A DNA stretch of 64,000 bases from Eledone cirrhosa (Eukaryota): NCBI GenBank assembly GCA_964016885.1, contig OZ024741.1, forward strand, positions 285,324,001 through 285,388,000. Direction: 5' to 3'. The stretch's first letter is position 1. Each line of letters begins with the position of its first letter. The notes below the pieces were generated by a model that did no database searches, had not been told where the DNA came from, and saw nothing but the letters and a program-made list of their open reading frames with translations. Shown one piece after another: positions 63,811 through 64,000 of the stretch. A program made the position numbers and the translations under genes.

Positions 63811-64000
63811 AAACTATATATATATGTGTTTGTCTATATTGTATCTGTATTATTTTTGACCGCCGGTCAGTCAATGGCAACATTGAGGACCGAGTAAGTT
63901 AGATCGCAGATATATATATATAAAAGACAGCGAGAAGCGAAAACCAACCAAACAGTGAGTGTGTTCTGTTATTAATTCTGGCAATATTACGCAAATATGA

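Larger units (their letters stand above)
56480..64000. mobile_element. Palindromic (inverted) Penelope-like element doublet, extends beyond window
   Basis: Arms 56557-60118 and 60439-64000 are reverse complements around a 320-bp spacer. The left 3' end abuts (TA)n at ~56462-56479. Confidence 0.92.

Overview
AT-rich, microsatellite-dense animal genomic DNA; the SINE content suggests a coleoid cephalopod (octopus-like), which is inference. The only host gene evident is a minus-strand alpha7-like nicotinic acetylcholine receptor subunit, seen as two spliced exons (26366-26257 and 7413-7157) joined by an ~18.8 kb intron. Most of the rest is retroelement-derived. (1) Penelope-like elements (PLE; RT + GIY-YIG) occur almost always next to (TA)n and with inverted (fold-back) 5' ends. 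They range from ~200-bp hairpins to a >7.4-kb near-perfect palindrome at the window end, and many carry hammerhead-ribozyme (HHR) motifs, some with unusually long stem II. (2) A ~14-kb head-to-tail array of about 7 Tx1/L1-like LINE copies or fragments, one with intact ORF1 and ORF2, is punctuated by (TCTA)n, suggesting a tetranucleotide-targeting family. (3) There are two tRNA-derived SINE families, RTE and R4-like LINE fragments, two adjacent Helitron-like elements and a minisatellite. Most short ORFs in the track are repeat artefacts.
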